Assembly: GCA_032128375.1 (NCBI GenBank)
Contig: JAQBGU010000131.1
Span: 1-10,712, forward strand
DNA length: 10,712 bases
Reading direction: 5' to 3'
Origin: Deltaproteobacteria bacterium
GTDB taxonomy: Bacteria; Myxococcota_A; UBA9160; SMWR01
Shown: piece by piece, positions 7,501 to 10,712 of the stretch
Position numbering within the stretch: position 1 is the first letter of the stretch
How the letters are laid out: each line of letters opens with the position of its first letter
Translations under genes and position numbers: made by a program
The notes under the pieces: model-generated
What the model was told of the DNA's origin: nothing
What the model saw: the letters and a program-made list of their open reading frames with translations, nothing else
Database searches by the model: none

Positions 7501-8463
7501 ATGGCCGATCTCCTGGGTGCCCACCAAGAAATTTTCCCGTCAGACATCGAAGCCGCGATCATCGACCTGAAGCGGGAACGCAACGCGGTGATCCTCGCGC
7601 ATTTCTATCAGGAGTCGGAGATTCAGGATCTCGCCGACTTCGTCGGTGATTCGCTGGCGCTCGCCCAGGCTGCAAAGAACGTCGACCGGGACGTGATCGT
7701 GTTTTGCGGCGTTCATTTCATGGCGGAGACTGCGAAGATCCTGAACCCCGACCGCAAAGTCGTGATCCCCGACATGGCCGCCGGCTGCTCGCTCGCGGAG
7801 GGCTGTCCGGCTGACGAGTTACGTGCGTTCATCGACGAGCACAAAGGCGCAGCGGTGCTGAGCTACATCAATACGACCGCGGAAGTGAAGGCCCTGAGCG
7901 ACCTGATCTGCACGTCGGCCAATGCGGTCGCCATGGCCAAATCACTCGGCGATCGACCGATCATCTTCGCGCCCGACCGTCACCTCGCGCGTTGGGTGGC
8001 CGAGAAGGCCGACCTGCCTGACATGATTGTCTGGCAGGGCAGCTGTATCGTGCATGAGCAGTTCAGTGCCAAGCGCCTCGCACAGTTGAAGGTCCGGCAC
8101 CCCGATGCAGAGGTTCTCGCCCACCCGGAGTGCGACAGTGCCGTGCTCGCGCAAAGTGACTTCATCGCTTCGACCACCGGCATCATCCGGCGCGCCGTCG
8201 AGTCTCCGGCGACGACCCTGATCATCGCTACCGAAGATGGTGTATTCCACCAGATTCGTCAGCAGGCGCCGAACAAGGAATTGATCCAGGCTCCCGGTAT
8301 GGACGAGAGCTGCGCGTGCAACCAGTGTCCCTACATGCGGCTCAACACGCTCGAGAAACTCTATCTCTGTCTTCGAGACCTCACCCCTGAGGTCACCGTC
8401 GATGAGGCGATCCGAACGGCAGCGTTGCGTCCCATCAATCGCATGCTCGAGCTGTCACAGTAG
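7501..8463 (+). CDS. nadA: Quinolinate synthase A (4Fe-4S), NAD de novo biosynthesis
   Basis: Motifs NAVILAHFYQ, ADFVGDSLAL, IVFCGVHFMAETAKILNP, AGCSLA, YINTTAEVKA, CTSANA, FAPDRHL, GSCIVHEQF, LAHPEC and CNQCPYMRLNTLEK. The three cluster-ligating Cys motifs are present. Confidence 0.97.
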   Translation: MADLLGAHQEIFPSDIEAAIIDLKRERNAVILAHFYQESEIQDLADFVGDSLALAQAAKNVDRDVIVFCGVHFMAETAKILNPDRKVVIPDMAAGCSLAEGCPADELRAFIDEHKGAAVLSYINTTAEVKALSDLICTSANAVAMAKSLGDRPIIFAPDRHLARWVAEKADLPDMIVWQGSCIVHEQFSAKRLAQLKVRHPDAEVLAHPECDSAVLAQSDFIASTTGIIRRAVESPATTLIIATEDGVFHQIRQQAPNKELIQAPGMDESCACNQCPYMRLNTLEKLYLCLRDLTPEVTVDEAIRTAALRPINRMLELSQ

Positions 8464-8488
8464 GCGGCGCGCCCGATAGCGCGGGTAC

Positions 8489-8854
8489 CTAGCGCAGCAG
8501 TGCGCTGGCAATCTGGTCCGCCCCGTCGGCGACCACCCACTCGGCGTCCATTTCTGAAATCCAGCGCGCCTCGCGTTCGATCGCGTCGTCCCAGTCGTTG
8601 CCGAACGCTTCGTGGGCGTCGAGTGACGCAGCGAGGTCGAGGTCCAAGCCGTTCGGCTGCAGCAAGCCGACATCGATCGGTGCCGAGCTGCAGCTGACCT
8701 GCGGGGAGCGTGAAGTGAAGATCCAATGCGGAGCCTGACTGCGCACCACCAGCATTCGATCGCTGCGCGCACGCAGCGCCCGGATCAGCGCCGCGCTGCG
8801 AGTCGCATGACCAAAGCCGTGTCCCGACACATAGAACAGGATGCTGGCGCCCAC
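8489..8854 (-). pseudogene. Shortened glycosyltransferase-like (GT-B, arabinokinase N-terminal-like) gene, probably internally deleted
   Basis: The N-terminus ILFYVSGHGFGHATRSAALIRAL and the later DVGLLQ and WVVAD segments are typical of GT-B-fold proteins resembling the L-arabinokinase N-terminal domain. The ORF is only 121 aa and jumps from VVAD directly to GADQIASALLR-stop. Confidence 0.7.
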
Positions 8855-8867
8855 AGAGTTTTTTCTG

Positions 8868-8898
8868 CTGACGAAGTGCGAGGTGGCAGCTTCGTCAG
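8868..8898. other. Intergenic inverted repeat (hairpin) downstream of mcl
   Basis: CTGACGAAG (8868-8876) and CTTCGTCAG (8890-8898) form a perfect 9-bp stem, extendable by TGC/GCA with a 1-nt bulge. On the mcl strand it is followed by an A-run rather than a U-tract. Confidence 0.45.
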
Positions 8899-8956
8899 TC
8901 TCCCTTCAGCTTTTCAGCCTGCGACTCCTTTCGAAGGTCCTTTCGAGAGCAGTCTT

Positions 8957-10030
8957 CTACTTGTCTTCAAGGGTCGCCGAATCGATTCCATACTGTTCGG
9001 CGAGTTCAGGGTCTCGCTTCGCGATCAATTCCGCGTAGCTGACCATGACTTTGCACTGCTTGACCGTCGCGTCGTCTTGCATCTTGCCGTCGAGCATGAT
9101 CGTTCCTGTGCCGTCGCCCATCGCCTCGATCACCTTCCTCGCCCAGCTGACCTCGTCCGGCGGCGGACTGAATACGCGCCGCGCGATCTCGATTTGATTC
9201 GGATGAAGCGACCAGGCGCCCACGCAGCCCATCAAGAACGCGTTTCGAAACTGGTCTTCACACGCGACGGAATCGCCGATGTCGCCGAAGGGCCCGTAGT
9301 ACGGCAGAGTACCCGTCGCGTTGCACGCATCCACCATACGCGCGATCGTGTAATGCCACAAATCCTGCTGTGCGGTCGCGCGCGGCGCATTCTCGTTGGT
9401 CGGATCCGGATCGGTGCGGACCAGGTACCCCGGGTGGCCGCCGCCGACGCGCGTTGTCTTCATTCGCCGCGACGCCGCAAGGTCCGCCGGGCCGAGACTG
9501 ATGCCCTGCATTCGCGGGCTCGCGGAACAGATGTCTTCGACGTTCGCGACGCCCTGCGCGGTCTCGAGGATTGCGTGAATCAGAATCGCTCGCTTGAGAC
9601 CCGCCTTGGCTTCGAGCTGCGCGAGCAGTTGGTCGACGTAGTGGATGTCCCAGGGGCCTTCGACCTTTGGCACCATGATCACGTCGATCTTGTCGCCCGC
9701 TTCTGGCACGATCCGCAGCAGGTCGTCGAGTCCCCAGGGGCTGTCGAGGCTGTTTACGCGGACCCAGAATTGCGCGTCTCCGAAATCGGTACCCTGCGCA
9801 ATCTTGATCAATCCCTCACGCGCTTCGAGCTTTTTTTCCGCTTGGATCGCGTCTTCGAGGTTGGCGAGCAGCACATCGAGCTTCTTGACCAACTCGGGCA
9901 CTTTGACAGCCATGCGCGGATTACTCGGGTCGAAGAAGTGGATCATTCGCGACGGACGCACGGGGATGTCGATCGGGGGGGTGGGTGCGCCAACGGCAAG
10001 CGGCTTCGCGAAATTTCGGGGGTTGCGCAT
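8957..10030 (-). CDS. mcl: Malyl-CoA / beta-methylmalyl-CoA / citramalyl-CoA lyase (CitE / HpcH-HpaI family, Chloroflexus Mcl type)
   Basis: ATG 10030 is preceded by GGAGATCCTG. Motifs [93 protein letters not shown] and DGKMQDDAT closely follow Chloroflexus aurantiacus Mcl as I recall it. 357 aa. Confidence 0.88.
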   Translation of the reverse strand: MRNPRNFAKPLAVGAPTPPIDIPVRPSRMIHFFDPSNPRMAVKVPELVKKLDVLLANLEDAIQAEKKLEAREGLIKIAQGTDFGDAQFWVRVNSLDSPWGLDDLLRIVPEAGDKIDVIMVPKVEGPWDIHYVDQLLAQLEAKAGLKRAILIHAILETAQGVANVEDICSASPRMQGISLGPADLAASRRMKTTRVGGGHPGYLVRTDPDPTNENAPRATAQQDLWHYTIARMVDACNATGTLPYYGPFGDIGDSVACEDQFRNAFLMGCVGAWSLHPNQIEIARRVFSPPPDEVSWARKVIEAMGDGTGTIMLDGKMQDDATVKQCKVMVSYAELIAKRDPELAEQYGIDSATLEDK

Positions 10031-10103
10031 CAGGATCTCCATCGCCCGTGGGCGGGTTGGGCTGTTAGGAGTAGGCGTTGGGCCGCGACTGCATCTGGCC
10101 GCG

Positions 10104-10328
10104 CTACTCGTCGTACAGCTTGATGACCTTGACTGAGCCTGCGGGGGCTGCCTCGATGCACAGATCACACAGCGTGCATTCGTCGAGGTTCTCTTCGTTG
10201 ATACACAGCGCGCCGGCGGAGTCAGTTTCGAAGATATCGACCGGGCAGACTTCCACGAGTTTTGCGACCAGCGCGGCATCGGCGGCTGCGTCGGCCGAGA
10301 CCTCTACAGCGATGAACAAGCCCGCCAT
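10104..10328 (-). CDS. Small 4Fe-4S ferredoxin-like protein (74 aa)
   Basis: [10 protein letters not shown]...[10 protein letters not shown]...[20 protein letters not shown], acidic. Its ATG overlaps the upstream stop codon (TGATG), indicating translational coupling. Confidence 0.85.
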   Translation of the reverse strand: MAGLFIAVEVSADAAADAALVAKLVEVCPVDIFETDSAGALCINEENLDECTLCDLCIEAAPAGSVKVIKLYDE

Positions 10329-10712
10329 CAGCTCGCTTCCCCCATGCGTTGCGCGATCAGCTTCGGGATCTCCTCGATCCGTTCCGCGACCGTGATCCCC
10401 GCGTTTCGCATCCGCTCGATCTTGTCGGCGGTGGTGTCTGCCTTGCCTTCGACGATCGTGCCGGCATGGCCGAAGCGCATGCCGGGCATCTCGTCCATGA
10501 AGCGTCCCGCCATGAACGCGACGATCGGCAGCCGAGAGTGGTTCTCCAAGATCCATTCGGCGAGTTCTGCCTCCATCCGGCCACCGGGCTCCGAGTAGAT
10601 CGCGATCGCCTGGGTCTGTGGATCGGCCTCGAACAGCGGCATCAGCTCGGCGTACGAAGTGCCGATGATCGCGTCGCCGCCGATCGACACGGCAGTCGAC
10701 TGGCCGAGGCCG
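10328..10712 (-). CDS. Succinate/malate--CoA ligase alpha subunit-like protein (SucD/MtkB family), 3' part
   Basis: The frame is open to the window edge: GLGQSTAVSIGGDAIIGT...FEADPQT...EPGG...PIVAFMAG...GMRFGHAGTIV...AGITVAE. It includes the phospho-His GHAG loop. sucD and mtkB cannot be distinguished from this fragment. Confidence 0.88.
   Translation of the reverse strand, partial: GLGQSTAVSIGGDAIIGTSYAELMPLFEADPQTQAIAIYSEPGGRMEAELAEWILENHSRLPIVAFMAGRFMDEMPGMRFGHAGTIVEGKADTTADKIERMRNAGITVAERIEEIPKLIAQRMGEAS

Noticed and set aside
8858..8950. Rho-independent terminator after mcl
   Set aside because: The 8868-8898 stem is followed by an A-run rather than a U-tract on the mcl strand, and the stem near 8929-8950 has mismatches on that strand.
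8957..10030. Mcl as evidence of autotrophy (3-hydroxypropionate bicycle) or methylotrophy (serine cycle)
   Set aside because: No diagnostic enzymes for these pathways are in the window, and Mcl also occurs in heterotrophic assimilation routes.
8726..10123. 465-aa plus-strand ORF
   Set aside because: Antisense shadow of mcl: Arg/His-rich with no recognisable motif, as expected in high-GC DNA.
10031..10279. 83-aa N-terminal extension of Mcl in the ORF track
   Set aside because: It overlaps the ferredoxin in another frame and is low-complexity. ATG 10030 has a good RBS and matches the homolog N-terminus.
10329..10556. N-terminal extension of the ferredoxin ORF (150-aa version)
   Set aside because: It lies within the SucD-like gene in another frame. 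The TGATG coupling supports a start at 10328.
1..10712. CRISPR array, tRNA/rRNA, IS element, prophage or defence genes
   Set aside because: I saw no regularly spaced repeats, cloverleaf structures, or transposase/integrase/nuclease motifs, and the window is almost fully occupied by the CDSs above.

Overview
A GC-rich bacterial window with four blocks. (1) A minus-strand run of secreted proteins: two PEP-CTERM proteins (1224..2021, 235..1134) and the 5' end of a third signal-peptide protein at the left edge. These lie downstream of a near-consensus sigma-54 promoter with a candidate IHF site and inverted repeats. (2) Three sulfatase-fold (alkaline phosphatase superfamily) genes, all with Thr instead of the formylglycine-precursor Cys/Ser and lacking the CxPxR Arg. 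(3) A two-domain VOC/glyoxalase gene followed by nadA. (4) A minus-strand run: the 3' end of a SucD-like CoA-ligase alpha subunit, a single-cluster ferredoxin, a Chloroflexus-type malyl-CoA lyase (mcl) and an apparently internally deleted glycosyltransferase-like remnant. No mobile element, CRISPR array, tRNA or rRNA was seen. All family calls come from motif recognition by eye, not database searches.
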